A stretch of DNA of 64,000 nucleotides from Octopus sinensis (Eukaryota): assembly GCF_006345805.1 (NCBI RefSeq), contig NW_021833815.1:1-64000 (forward strand), read 5' to 3'. The position numbers and the translations under genes were made by a program. Positions 41,962-54,074 of this stretch are shown here, piece after piece. Within the stretch, counting starts at the first letter, position 1. Each line of letters starts with the position of its first letter. The notes below the pieces were generated by a model. It did no database searches, was not told where the DNA came from, and was given only the letters and a program-made list of their open reading frames with translations.

Positions 41962-43233
41962 AGGGGTTTGACAAAATAATGGAAACACTTTAAAATTTCA
42001 AATAAATTTATTTTAATACAGGATAGAACCGCCTTTGGCAATAATTACAGCTTGAATTCTACGCAGTATGAACTCGAACAAAGTTTGAATTGTTTCCAAA
42101 GGAATTTTTGTCCATTCTTCAGCTAAAAGTCTCTAGTTCTTGTAGTGATTATGGTGTAGGATACCAACTCATTGTTTTTCTAAAATGCACCTATATATGT
42201 TCAATAATATTGAGATCTGGGGGCTGTGGTGGCCAGATAAAATATTCAACTTCTCTAGAATGTTCCTCGTGCCATTCTGTAACAACTTTAGCTGTGTGAA
42301 TTAATGCATTTTCATCCTGAAAGACTGTGTTTCCCTCCAGAAACAGTTCCACAACCATAAGATGAATTTGATCAGATAAGATGCTTAAATAGTCTTGACT
42401 ATTAATTCTGCCATGAAGGGAAACCGTTGGGCCGGCGGATTTCCAAGATATAGCCCTCCAGATCATCACAGATCCACGTCCATGTTTAACAGTTAGAAGA
42501 AGGCAATTTGGGTCAAATGCTTCTTCTGGCTGTCTCCACGCGTATACTCGGCCAGCGGTCGGAAATAAGGTAAAGGATGACTCGCCCGAGAAAATAACAT
42601 TCTTCCACTGCTCTAGGGATCAATTATGTAGGTTTTTACTCCACTCTAAACGTTTTGCAACGTTTGGTGTTGAAAGTTGTGGTTTTCCGATTGCACCCCC
42701 CCCCCCCACCGTGAAATCCGGCTTTGGGCAGCTCCCGACGAACAGTTTTTGCGGAAACTGGGTTCTCGAGGTGGTCATTAAGCTCTGCAGTAATTTTGGG
42801 AGCTGGACTTTTGTGATCCTTTCTAACAATTCGCGTAAGAGTCCAATGGTCCCTATCTGAAAGTTTTGGTTTTCTTCCGGAGTTTCGTTTCGACGAGGAG
42901 GTTTTTCCCTGTTTCTCAAAGGCTGTCATTACTTTCGAGAGAGTACTTCTTGATACACCAAACATTTCGGCTGTTTTCGTTACGCTCGCTCCTGCCATAC
43001 AAGCCCCAACAATTTGACCTCTTTGAAAGTCTGATAGATTTGTCATTTTAATGAATTTTAATTACCTTTTTTTGATGATATCTGAAAAGAAACAGCAATT
43101 TCAGCAAAACATATTAAGCAACACTAATAATAAATCAAAAAACATAAAAATAAACAAGCTTTTGAGAGTTTTATAGATATTTCAAAATTAGGATGCTATG
43201 ATGCTAGGTGTTTCCATTATTTTGTCCAACCCC

Positions 43234-43235
<2 letters not shown>
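41961..43235 (-). mobile_element. Full-length, inactivated Tc1/mariner DNA transposon (~1275 bp)
   Basis: Left TIR TA|CAGGGGTTTGACAAAATAATGGAAACAC (41961-41988). Right TIR GTGTTTCCATTATTTTGTCCAACCCC (from 43208; last bases degenerate). TA-rich flanks on both sides; transposase remnant on the minus strand. Confidence 0.95.
42013..43046 (-). pseudogene. Tc1-family transposase pseudogene (HTH DNA-binding region plus DDE domain)
   Basis: N-terminal HTH MTNLSDFQRGQIVGACMAGASVTKTAEMFGVSRSTLSKV and the GRKPKLS linker. Catalytic motifs VIFSGESSF, TVKHGRGSVMIW, FQDENALIH, WPPQPPDLNIIEH, and C-terminus RIQAVIIAKGG. Frameshift at the G12 run (42696-42707); premature stops at 42620-42622 and 42191-42193; AATAAA directly after the final TAA. 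Confidence 0.95.
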
Positions 43236-43324
<89 letters not shown>

Positions 43325-43382
43325 TTTCGCTTGACATTGCCAGACTAATAACCTGGAGTAGAACTCTCTCTCTACCTCCTTC

Positions 43383-43438
<56 letters not shown>

Positions 43439-43445
43439 ATATATA

Positions 43446-43490
<45 letters not shown>

Positions 43491-43545
43491 TCAAGATAAA
43501 CCGTTGGTCGAGTGTAGAACGGTAATAAGAAAAAAAGAAGATGCA

Positions 43546-43664
43546 GTGGACTCATAGCTGAGTGCTTGAGTAACACCTTAATGCTTCATCAGAGCCTCTA
43601 TTCAGATTCGAGGTTCCAATAAAGTTGTAAGGTATTACTCAGGCACTCAACTATTGAGTCCATC
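43546..43664. repeat. Fold-back element (~54-bp arms, 11-nt loop)
   Basis: GTGGACTCATAGCTGAGTGCTTGAGTAACACCTTA...GAGCCTC versus GAGGTTCC...TAAGGTATTACTCAGGCACTCAACTATTGAGTCCAT; mismatches are mostly transitions. Confidence 0.8.
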
Positions 43665-43796
43665 ATTGGAGCAGAAACAACCGTAAGCTAATGAAGTTGA
43701 AAAGATGTTCGTTTTTTCCTTTGTCATCTGATTTTCTTGTGTGTGTGTGTGTGCACATATATATGTATGTGTATGTAAAATCTCGTTTTTTTCACT

Positions 43797-44030
43797 CATT
43801 TTTACTTGTTTTAGTCATTAGACTGCGGCCATGCTGGGGCACCACCTTGAAGAATTTTTAGCCAAATGAATTGCCCCTTCACCTATTGTTATATTAAGTC
43901 TAGCACTTATTCCATCGGTCTCTTTTGTGGAAACACCTAAATTACGGGAACGTAAACACACTAACACCGGTTGACAAGCGGGGCTGCATGAACATACGCG
44001 CGCGCGCAAACACACACACACACACACACA
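43797..44030 (-). mobile_element. Family B SINE, 3' half
   Basis: TTTTACTTGTTTTAGTCATTAGACTGCGGCCATGCTGGGGCACCACCTTG...TTACGGGAACGTAAACAC. Confidence 0.8.
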
Positions 44031-44124
44031 CGAGATTTGACCGACCACTTCGTAGCAACGGTGTGAAGGAAAACATCTCGGTTAAACCATCATCCTTTTA
44101 ATCTTAGCCTTGCAGATTTCAATC

Positions 44125-44602
44125 GTATGTATGTATGTATGTTTGTATGCATGTATGTATGTATGTATGTTTGTATGCATGTATGTATGTATGTATGTAT
44201 GTATGTATGTTTGTATGCATGTATGTATGTATGTATGTTTGTATGTATGTATGTATGTATGAAAGCATGTATGTATGTATGTATACATATATGTATGTTT
44301 GTATGTATATATGTATGAAAGCATGTATGTGCGTATGTATACATGTATGCATGTATGTATGTTTGTATGTATATATGTATGAAAGCATGTATGTATTTAT
44401 GTATGCATGTATGTTTGCATGCTTGTATGTCTGTATGTTTGTATTTATTTATGTATGTATGTATGTATGTATGTATGTATGTATGTATGTATGTATGTAT
44501 GTATGTATGCATGTATGTTTGTATGTATGCATGTATGTATGCATGTATGTATGCATGTATGTTGTATGTATGTATGTATGTATGTATGTACGTATGTATG
44601 TA
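44125..44602. repeat. (TATG)n microsatellite, degenerate
   Basis: Direct reading. Confidence 0.98.
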
Positions 44603-45009
44603 GTGTGTTTATCTTTATATAAAGATTAAAGAAGCCGTTCGTCACATATGTACGTAGTAGAGTTCGATATATTATTTATATACGGATCATTCAGCACGTG
44701 TACGAAGTCCCTGATGAGCAAACGATAGAAACGCAGCCATTAGTTTTAAAGCCTTTGCATAAACGTTGGACGTTTGGTGTGCGCGCGCATTTCCTTGCAA
44801 CAAAAAGTTTAGACGTGAAAAAGAACTCAATACCAGTTACTGAGTATTACACACGCGCACGCACACACACACACATGATATTACAGATGAAAGCCATCAC
44901 GGCATGTTCTGATTTATTGGTATTTAAATTTGAAATTTCCAATCTTTATTAATTAACCACTAATGATGAAACAAGGATTGTAAGCTATTAATGTGTGTGT
45001 GGGGGGAGC

Positions 45010-45049
<40 letters not shown>

Positions 45050-45411
45050 ATTCATATATACATACATAAATATACATATGTGCATATGCTTGTGTATGTA
45101 TGTATGTATGTATGTATGTGTGTGCGTATGTATGTATGTATGTATGTATGTATGTATGTATGTATGTATGAATGAATGTATGTATATATATGAATGAATG
45201 TATGTATATATGAATGTATGTATATATGGTGGTTCCAATGTCGTGGTGCTGTCTGAGCGCGGAGTGGATGTCGCCACAATCTGTAATGTCCGCTTTGTCC
45301 GTTAATGTCGCCGTCAGCGTCGTCACCGCTGTAACTATAGCTGAGGCTTTGACAGTAGAAGTGATTTAACTAACGACGTCGTTCACCTAAAACAAACATC
45401 AGATGAAGCTA

Positions 45412-45442
<31 letters not shown>

Positions 45443-45819
45443 ATATAAAAACTAGGACAGATTTTTAAACAAAAAGGATGCAAAGTGTATCTGTGGTGGT
45501 TGGCGAGTGGAGCGGGGGTACATTTTAAATCTTTGTTTTGTTTCCATTTCATTTTAAATCAGTTTTTTTGCATTTATATTTTGTATACATTTTGTATAAT
45601 TTTTTTATCTTCATCAAACTGAAAAGATTTTGGAGATAAATATTAGTTATTGGCCGCAGTTCTTGGGGAAAAAATTAATTGAAGAAATAAAAAATCTTAA
45701 CTTTCCACTTTCTGAACAAAATGTTCCTTTTATTACCCTAAATAGCCATCACATCCTAGCTTGATCTTCATCGAAGAGATTGTATTTATTATTTTTTATA
45801 TAAATCATCACATTTACAA

Positions 45820-45916
<97 letters not shown>

Positions 45917-46247
45917 CACGCTCACATACGCACGCACAAATATATACACTTTTATATCCACGATGAAAATCTAAAATAATTCCATATTATATAGTATTTG
46001 GTTTCTTGGTGTTCCACTGAATCTGTATTAAAACAAATTGTGATTGAAAAATGTTGATAAATTAACGTTTTTAGGCCAGACTTGGCTATTAGAAAAATAA
46101 AATGGAAAACTTCGAATTAGAAACAAGTTTTATGCGTTCTGTGTGTGCGTGAGGATGGGTAGGGGGTTCTTTGTTCGGTTTTTAAAATAATATTGTTTCC
46201 TGTAGTTGTAGTAGAATTAATACAAAACTAAACCCAATAATGATTAT

Positions 46248-46560
46248 TATTTCAAATTTTGGCACAAGGCCTGTAATTTTGAGGGGAGTGGGAAAAGTTG
46301 ATTATATCGCCCCCAGCAGCCAGCTCGTCGAATAATGATGATGATAATAATCCTTTCTACTAAAAGCACAAGGCCTGAAATTTTGGGGTGGAGGCTAGTC
46401 GATTACATCGACCCCAGTGTTTAGCTGGTACTCATTTTTATCGACCCCGAAAGGATTAAAAGCAAAGTCGAGATCTGTGTAATTTGACCTCAGAAGGTAA
46501 AAACGAACAAAATGCCGCTAAAAATTCTATCCGGCGTGCTAACGGTTCTGCCACTTCGCT
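46248..46560 (-). mobile_element. Family A SINE preceded by a second tail fragment
   Basis: Tail fragment 46248-46320 and a near-full copy 46352-46560 (GTCGATTACATCGACCCCAG...TTTATCGACCCCGAAAGG...CGGCGTGCTAACGGTTCTGCCA). Confidence 0.85.
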
Positions 46561-46667
46561 AATTAGCTAATCACTTCCAATATTTTATTAATGACAAAGA
46601 AACACTGCACCAACTTTTTCCTTAAATCTTCCCCCATTGAAACTTGAGGTGTTTTTAGAAAATCTGA

Positions 46668-46985
46668 GAGGCGTGAGCATGGCCGTGCGGTAAGAAGATT
46701 GCTTTCCAACCACATTGTTCTGGGTTCAGTTCCACTGCGTGACACCTTGAGCAAGTGCCTTCTACCATAGCCTCGGGCCAACCAAAGCCTTGTGAGTGGA
46801 TTTGGTAGATGGAAACTGAAAGAATATATATATATATATATCATGTGTGAGTGTCCCACCATCGTTTGACAACCGGTTTTGGTTTGTTTACGTCCCCGTA
46901 ACCTAGCGGTTCGGAAAAAGAGACTGATGGAATAAGTAACAGAGGCATGGCCGCAGTCAAATGACTGAGACAGGTAAAAGACAAG
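46668..46985 (+). mobile_element. Family B composite SINE
   Basis: GGCCGTGCGGTAAGAAG...GGGTTCAGTTCCACTGCGTGACACCTTGAGCAAGTG (CORE-like)...(TA)n...GTCCCCGTAACCTAGCGGTTCGG...GCATGGCCGCAGTCAAATGACTGA. Confidence 0.88.
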
Positions 46986-49444
46986 ATAAACTAGAAAAGG
47001 TTTCCAGATGATCGCAAGGGTGGGATGCCTTTTAATGGAATGTCTCTAAATATTCGAAAGCCCAAAATGCTGCCAGGGTAGGGAAAATGGTTATTTTGCC
47101 CTATATTGGCATAAAGCCACATCGCTTTGGAGGATTTGGAGGGGATGATGTAGTCAATTATATCAATATAAATATTTTCGATATTTCATCGATAGACTAT
47201 AAAGTCAATTCCTAGCGGATTAGTGAGAGAATAGTAATCTATCCGATTTTCCAGCCGCAACAGTTATCTAGATATGATGATATTTCTTAGATACATTCTT
47301 AGAGACAAACATATGAGACACAGAATAACATGTTGTATGTTGAACACACAATAGATGTCGCTTCATTGTGATTGCTGTTATTGAATTTTTACGCAGAATC
47401 CGACATCGCTGCTCCTTGTACAGATTGTCCTTCAGACTATAACTGAAGGTCAGCGTGAAACACGAGTCGGGAAATAACGAAATTTAGTTGCAATGAAAAG
47501 CTTTAATCTGATTATAAAGATTCCCGTTTTATAAGAAAAAATATATACAATAATTTGTGGCTTTGTTTAACACCTTCACTTGACCCCACTTTGTAACTCT
47601 GATGGAGTTCGTTTTTCGGAAGCATTGAAGCCAACTTTCTGTTGCAAGTAAACCTCTTTCCTTCTCTTTAAAAGTAAAACAAAATAGATTCTGTCAGTGG
47701 ATGGTTGTGACTTCATGTTATAGGGAAGAAAATTTTTTATTTGGGTCCAAAGCATAAAAGCCAACGTAATGCTTCCTAAGCTGACATTTGTTTAAAATAT
47801 TTTCATCTCAACCAAACAAATATTTCACCTTCATCTCACTTAACATCTATCTTTTAATCTTCAATTAACCGATAATAAATGCTTCATCGGCCTCAGTATT
47901 TCCTTCTATCTTCGGAGAGAGATAATCTCCGCTAATTATATGAAATTGTTTTCAATAAATTAACCATCTACTTTGATAGATTACCATAGAAACCAGACAA
48001 TGATCTTAAGTTAACCAGAAACCAGCTAGAAAAACAAAGCCAAACAGGAAACCTCAGCTTAATCACTTCACTTGTTAGAAAGAGCAGCCGTATTTCCCTC
48101 CACCTATTTCCTACTGCCAATATAGCAGTATATATTTCTATTTAAAAGACGGGTGTCATGGCTGGGGTGTCTAGATATCTGTGTAAAGACATCTGACCAC
48201 AACAACGACAAATGTTGTATGAGGAAATAGCTTTAAGTCACCTGCTGATTGTTTTGCTCTCTGCACTAAATATGCTGCCATTTAACTATTGCATTTCATA
48301 ACGATGGTGTCCCTGAGTCATTTTCCACTTTTATTATATTAACAGCTGTTTATTATTTTACATCAATATAGTGCATGACTATTACTAGATCCGCTGAGGA
48401 AAGCTAATAGGTAGAAACATGTTCACAGTTGTCTCTATGTTTGCCAAATATATTGATGTATTCAATATCAACAGAACGAATTGATGTACGAGGTATGTGA
48501 TTAATCAACATATTCTTATAATTAACACGAGGGACAGCTGTATCAATTTATTAACATATTGTTTTCAGAGATCGATAAAAAAGTTACATATTATTTCGGT
48601 GAGTGGAGGGCTTAGCTTGACCTCCCCAGTATATAGTTGGTACTTTCATTTTATCGACCCTGAAAGGCTTAAAAGCAGTGATGACCTCGACAGTATTTGG
48701 CCTGAGAATGTATTAATAAAATTCGCTGTTGTTCCATGTGGAACCGGAGTGTAATCAATAATCAATTTAATTACCCCCACCCCACCCTTATATGTTTGAT
48801 ACTTTCATTCATCGATCCCTGGAAGCATAAAAAGCATTGACGAATTTAGTGAGAGTCGAGCCCAGGACACAGCGAGGAGGAACTCCACAAAGATGGTTAG
48901 CCAGTTTATCCAAGTTTCTACCAATCAATTCCAACCAAACAGACCACGATTACAATAAGTTTTAGTTATTTATTATGGCTTCATTATCGATGGCACTAAT
49001 TATATTTCTAAGTTTATGGATAAGGACTGGTATTTTCTTGAAGAGAGAAGATAGGATGTTGTGAGGCTCATGCTTTACCATGGGTCCGCAAATATGGTTA
49101 GAATTAGTAATCAATAGCGTCTGATCAGGTGAAAGTAAAGTCAATACCTGTTAATTAATGGTGGGGGCGGGGAGAGAAAATTATTTCGATTGAAGTAATT
49201 GTGGGGATAGGTGTAGGATTTAGAATCTGACAGCGAGAGAAGGAAAGAAAGAGTAAGAGAGGAAAGTGAGAGAGGGGGAGAGACATGAAAGTGAGAGAGG
49301 GGGAGGGACATGAAAGAGAGAGAGAGAGAGGGGGTGAGTGGGGAGAGACTGTGAGGGAGAGTGGGAGGGAGAGGAGAGGGAAATTTGTGTATCTGTATGT
49401 GTGTGAAGAAAGAGAGAGAACATGTATAAGAGATAGATAGATAT

Positions 49445-49518
<74 letters not shown>

Positions 49519-50000
49519 GAATCGGTAGCTAGGTACATACATGGATGGATGGATGGATGGATGGGTATATATTTCAAGTGGAATGTGAATATGTATGCGG
49601 ACAGTTTGTGTGGACAATTAAATACACTTCAGCATGGATCCAGTGACACACAAACAACAAATGGGGATTTGTAGAATCGAAACTAAAAGTAAACAACTTA
49701 AAAAATAGAGAAATGGCAACAGCACACACACTGCCTTTGTCTCTCTCTCTCTCTCTCTAAACGGAAACTGAGTGTTCATCTGTGGAGGAGGGGAAGAAAT
49801 GTCGTCCAATATTTCTGTTGTCATGCATCACGGTGTCTGTCTGCTTCCATAAACAAGAGTTGTTGTTGTTGTTGGTTTTGTTGTTTGCTCTAATGAAAGG
49901 CTGTGACAAGACAAAAATCATATTTCTACCATTTAAAAGAACAGGAAAATGCAGCTTCAGACCTTTTACTAACTTCTACAATGTCTCCCTCTCGCCCTCT

Positions 50001-50053
<53 letters not shown>

Positions 50054-50566
50054 GTCCAGTGTGCAGCCCCATGTACCCTTCCTTTTTGTTTTCATCATGG
50101 TAGGGCTGATATGATAGACATTTAGTTGCTACTTTTAGCAGTTAGAGCGTCTCCATAGAGGTTCTCTCATAGTTTATTGTCTTGTGGTGAAGAGTAAATG
50201 TCTTAGAACGAAGATCTTGGGTCAGACAATTTAGTTTCTATTGTTGGGTATGATAACGTTCTTAATGCGGAAACGCATGAGTGTCACATAATCGCATTTC
50301 TTCTGCCCCATGAATCTCACGACCTGTCTCTATGTTACAAGTAAACAGCAAGGGTCCCACATATGAGTTTTCTAGAAATTCAGGGGTTGGCTGTGTATTT
50401 GGACTTTCGATTCTCGCTTCAGCGTACTAATAGCTGCCTCTTTCTTTATTCCTTCGACAAAGTGGAAGTTGTAAAATCATGCCATGACCATTCGAAATCA
50501 TGAACGTGGCAACACCATATTTGTTGCTATAAACATGAAGATTCGTTCCTCAAAAACTGGCAACTA

Positions 50567-50704
50567 AACGATTCTCTGGATCGATATATTCTGCGGATCA
50601 AAGGAAACTCCATTGACCGAATGATCTTGTGGATGAAAATATTCTTTAGATCAAACGATTCTGTGGAACAAAACGTTCTGAGTATCCCAAGATTTTGTCG
50701 ATCC
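50567..50704. repeat. Degenerate 17-bp minisatellite (consensus ~AACGATTCTGTGGATCA, ~8 units)
   Basis: AACGATTCTCTGGATCG / ATATATTCTGCGGATCA / AATGATCTTGTGGATGA / AAATATTCTTTAGATCA / AACGATTCTGTGGAACA, etc. Confidence 0.75.
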
Positions 50705-51248
50705 GAAACAATGGTCAGTTCTCACACACACACACCGGAAGTGCTGCCACTTGGCCAGTAACATCAGTGTTTGTAGAATGGATCCCTCCTCAACAACTGG
50801 TTGTTGTTAGAATCGCAGAGAAGTGGAGACCTAACTGTAAGGAATTACGGACAAATATTTCTTCATAGCTTAATCTATCGATCTTTCTCTGGGAACTGGT
50901 ACCGATTCCCACTTGTAACCATTTCTCTGCACTAATGTTCCCACTGCTTCTCATAAAAACACAAAACCTATTATACAGCTTTTGTAAGCAAAAAATCAAT
51001 AATTGATTGTTTATTGATACAACTATTGGAATTGAAAACAGCCTACAGAAACTGGATCGTTAATGTCTTGTGGTATTTATTCCAGTTTTTTTTCTTTTTT
51101 GCGTTTTGAGTTCAAATAATACCGAGGTCAGCTTTATCTTTCATCATTCTTGGGTCAATAAAATGAAATAACAGTCTAGTCCCAACAGCTCTTTCTCTCT
51201 CTCTCCTCTCTCTCTCCCATCCCTCTCACCCTCTCTTTATACATATAT

Positions 51249-51285
<37 letters not shown>

Positions 51286-51842
51286 CATACATATATATAT
51301 ATATAATATATATATATATACACATCTCTTTCTCTCTCTCTCCCTCCTTTTCCCTCTCTCTCCCTCTCTTTCTCTTTCTCTCTCACTCTCTCTCTCCCTC
51401 TCTCTCTCTCAGAGTCGGCTGATCTCCCTCCAAGACAGAAATCTAATTCTAGAAATACGTTCTCTTGCAGCTGATTCCCAGTTAATCCCCGAATCCCGTC
51501 CCAGTAACCCACAACTCATCGCTACAAAGAAGTTTCGTTAAATAAACAGTAACCTCATAAAATATTATTAAACTTATTATGTAATTGTTAATGTTTTTTT
51601 TTCTTCATTAATAAACAATTATAACATTTTCCTTTTTTTTTACTAATGACAATAAAATAAATTCTCTCATAAAAAAGACGATTCTATGGAGAGCATTCTA
51701 TCATAATGAGTACCATGTAAAGCGCATTGTGTCATAGAGAGGACTATAACACAAGGACCAATTTACACACACCGTATAAATACCATTCTACTATAAACAG
51801 GACTAGCATATATGGTTCCAAATAGTGACCAAATTATTGTAT

Positions 51843-52520
51843 ATTCTTTCTACTGTAGGTTCCAGGCCCGACATTTGGAAGAAAGAGGCTAGTCGATTAC
51901 ATCGACTCCAGTGTGCAGCTGGTACTTTTTTTATGAGCCCTGAAAGAATTAAAAGTAAAGTGGACTTCGGTGGTGTTTGAATTCAGAACGTAAAAAAAAA
52001 AAAAAAAAAAAAGGAAGAAATACCGTTAATATTTGGTCCAGTGTAAAGGCGGCGAGCTGGCAGAAACGTTAGCACACTGGGTGAAATGCTTAGCGGTATT
52101 TCGTCTGCCGCTACGTTCTGAGTTCAAATTCCGCCGAGGTCGACTTTTCCTTTCATCCTTTCGGGGTCGATAAATTAAGTACCAGTTACGCACTGGGGTC
52201 GATGTAATCGACTTTATCCCTTTGTCTGTCCCTGTTTGTCCCTTCTATGTTTAGCCCCTTGTGGGCAATAAAGAAATAAGAAACGTTAGCATGCCAGACG
52301 AAATACTTAGCGGTATTTCGTCTGTCTTTACGTTCTGAGTTCAAATTCCGCCGAAGTCGACTTTGCCTTCCATCCCTTTCGGGGTCGATAAATTAAGTAC
52401 CAGTTGCGTGCTGGGGTCGATTTATTTGACTGGTCCTCTTCCCAAAAATTTCACGCCTTGTGCCTAGAGTAGAAAAGAATATTTGATCCAGTGTGCTCAT
52501 AAATCCGCTAGACCGCCGCT
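51843..52520 (-). mobile_element. Older family A SINE interrupted by the dimer insertion
   Basis: Minus-strand SINE body 51843-52044 resumes after the second TSD copy (GTGCTCATAAATCCGCTAGACCGCC, the degenerate head). Confidence 0.8.
52045..52477 (+). mobile_element. Dimeric tRNA-derived SINE (family A) with 17-bp TSD
   Basis: Head GGCGGCGAGCTGGCAGAAACGTTAG, B-box GAGTTCAAATTCC, central GTCGACTTT(G)CCTTTCATCCTTTCGGGGTCGATAAATTAAGTACCAG (resembles the Meta-SINE domain, from memory). A second monomer starts at ~52279. TSD AATATTTG(G/A)TCCAGTGT at 52028-52044 and 52478-52494. Confidence 0.9.
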
Positions 52521-52540
52521 TTAGACTATTTTATAGTATA

Positions 52541-52973
52541 TATATTTCTTTACTACCCACAAGGGGCTAAACACAGAGGGGACAAACAAGGAATCACAAA
52601 CGGATTAAGTCGATTATATCGACCCCAGTGCGTAACTGGTACTTAATTTATCGACCCCGAAAGGATGAAAGGCAAAGTCGACCTCGGCGGAATTTGAACT
52701 CAGAAGGTAACGGCAGACGAAATGCGCCTACGCTTTTCGCCCGACGTGCTAACGTTTCTTCCTGAGTCCCATACAGTACACCAAATAAAGATATACATTT
52801 CTTTATTGCCCACAAGGGGCTAAACATAGAGGGGACAAACAACGACATCGACCCCAGTGCGAAACTGGTACTTTATTTATCGACCCCGAAAGGATGAAAG
52901 GCAAAGTCCACCTCGGCGGAATTTGAACTCAGAACGTAACGGCTACGCATTTCGCCCGGCGTGCTAACGTTTC
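52541..52973 (-). mobile_element. Two young family A SINE copies in tandem
   Basis: 52541-52758 and 52798-52973 both contain TTTATCGACCCCGAAAGGATGAAAGGCAAAGTC(G/C)ACCTCGGCGGAATTTGAACTCAGAA, each followed by the same 37-bp unique flank. Confidence 0.9.
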
Positions 52974-54030
52974 TTCCTGAGTCCCATACAGTACACCAAA
53001 TAAAGATATAGTGTACCAAATACTAACCTATCATTTAGCGATCACACAGAAGCCATTCTATCACAGAGAGAGGTAAAGTTGTAAATATTTGAAACATGCA
53101 CGACTTTACTCTGAATAACGAATGACATAAACGGCAAATTAGCAACAGTGAACATGTTCACTAGTTTATTGTTGTGGCTGTTGTTGTTGGACCCTAGGTC
53201 AACGTTGACCCAGCAATAGTGACTTGCAGCTTAAATTATCCACTGATATCCCTTGTATATGTGCGTATTTGAAGGCAATAAGACGTAATCTGAGGAAAAC
53301 TACTATTATTTCTAGCGAGTCAAGCGACTATGTAGAGGCCTCCCTACCTGGCTGGTGTTAAACTGGTTATTGGGACGGAGGATGTTTAATTTTCTGACAT
53401 CCTTCACTCCCGTCCCCTCTAATCATTGACAAGTGCATCAAATCCCGTCCGACATATTACTTGTCAGTTACGGCGCCAACAAGACGGCAGCAAATGGAAG
53501 GGCGGCCATAGTGTTAAACACACCACCGCTGCCACCACTCTGCTGCACCCCCAAACCTGCTAAATTCCATTAGCACCCCTTCTTTACTCTCCCTAATAAT
53601 AACAACGGTTGCCTAGTTCTCTATTTGTTTTAATGCCCTCTATATAATGCATGTTTTCCATCCAGGTAAGCTCATAGCTAACTGTCCGCCATGATGGTTG
53701 ATGAATATAACATTTGGGTCGGATCTGTTGGGAATTTCAAGTTTAAAAATCGAGACCCAAACCATAGGAGAGAACATACCCATCACCCTTTGCTTTAGCT
53801 TTGGTTGCATCGAGATGTGTGTCCGCCGGTCTGTGTGTGTGTGTGCGTGTGGTGTCTGTCTATACACACACACATACACACATACATATATATATATGTA
53901 GATTTATATGTATGTATATGTGTGTGTGTGTCTGAATATAAATACATTTATATATATAGAGAGAGAGAGATATGAATACATAAATTTATGTATACATAAA
54001 TTTATGCATGTATATGTATACATAAATTTA

Positions 54031-54074
<44 letters not shown>

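Noticed and set aside
47680-47780. Possible CR1/L2 C-terminal remnant (FGPK..NFLPYNMKS, minus strand)
   Set aside because: Short and frameshifted; it could be a chance match.
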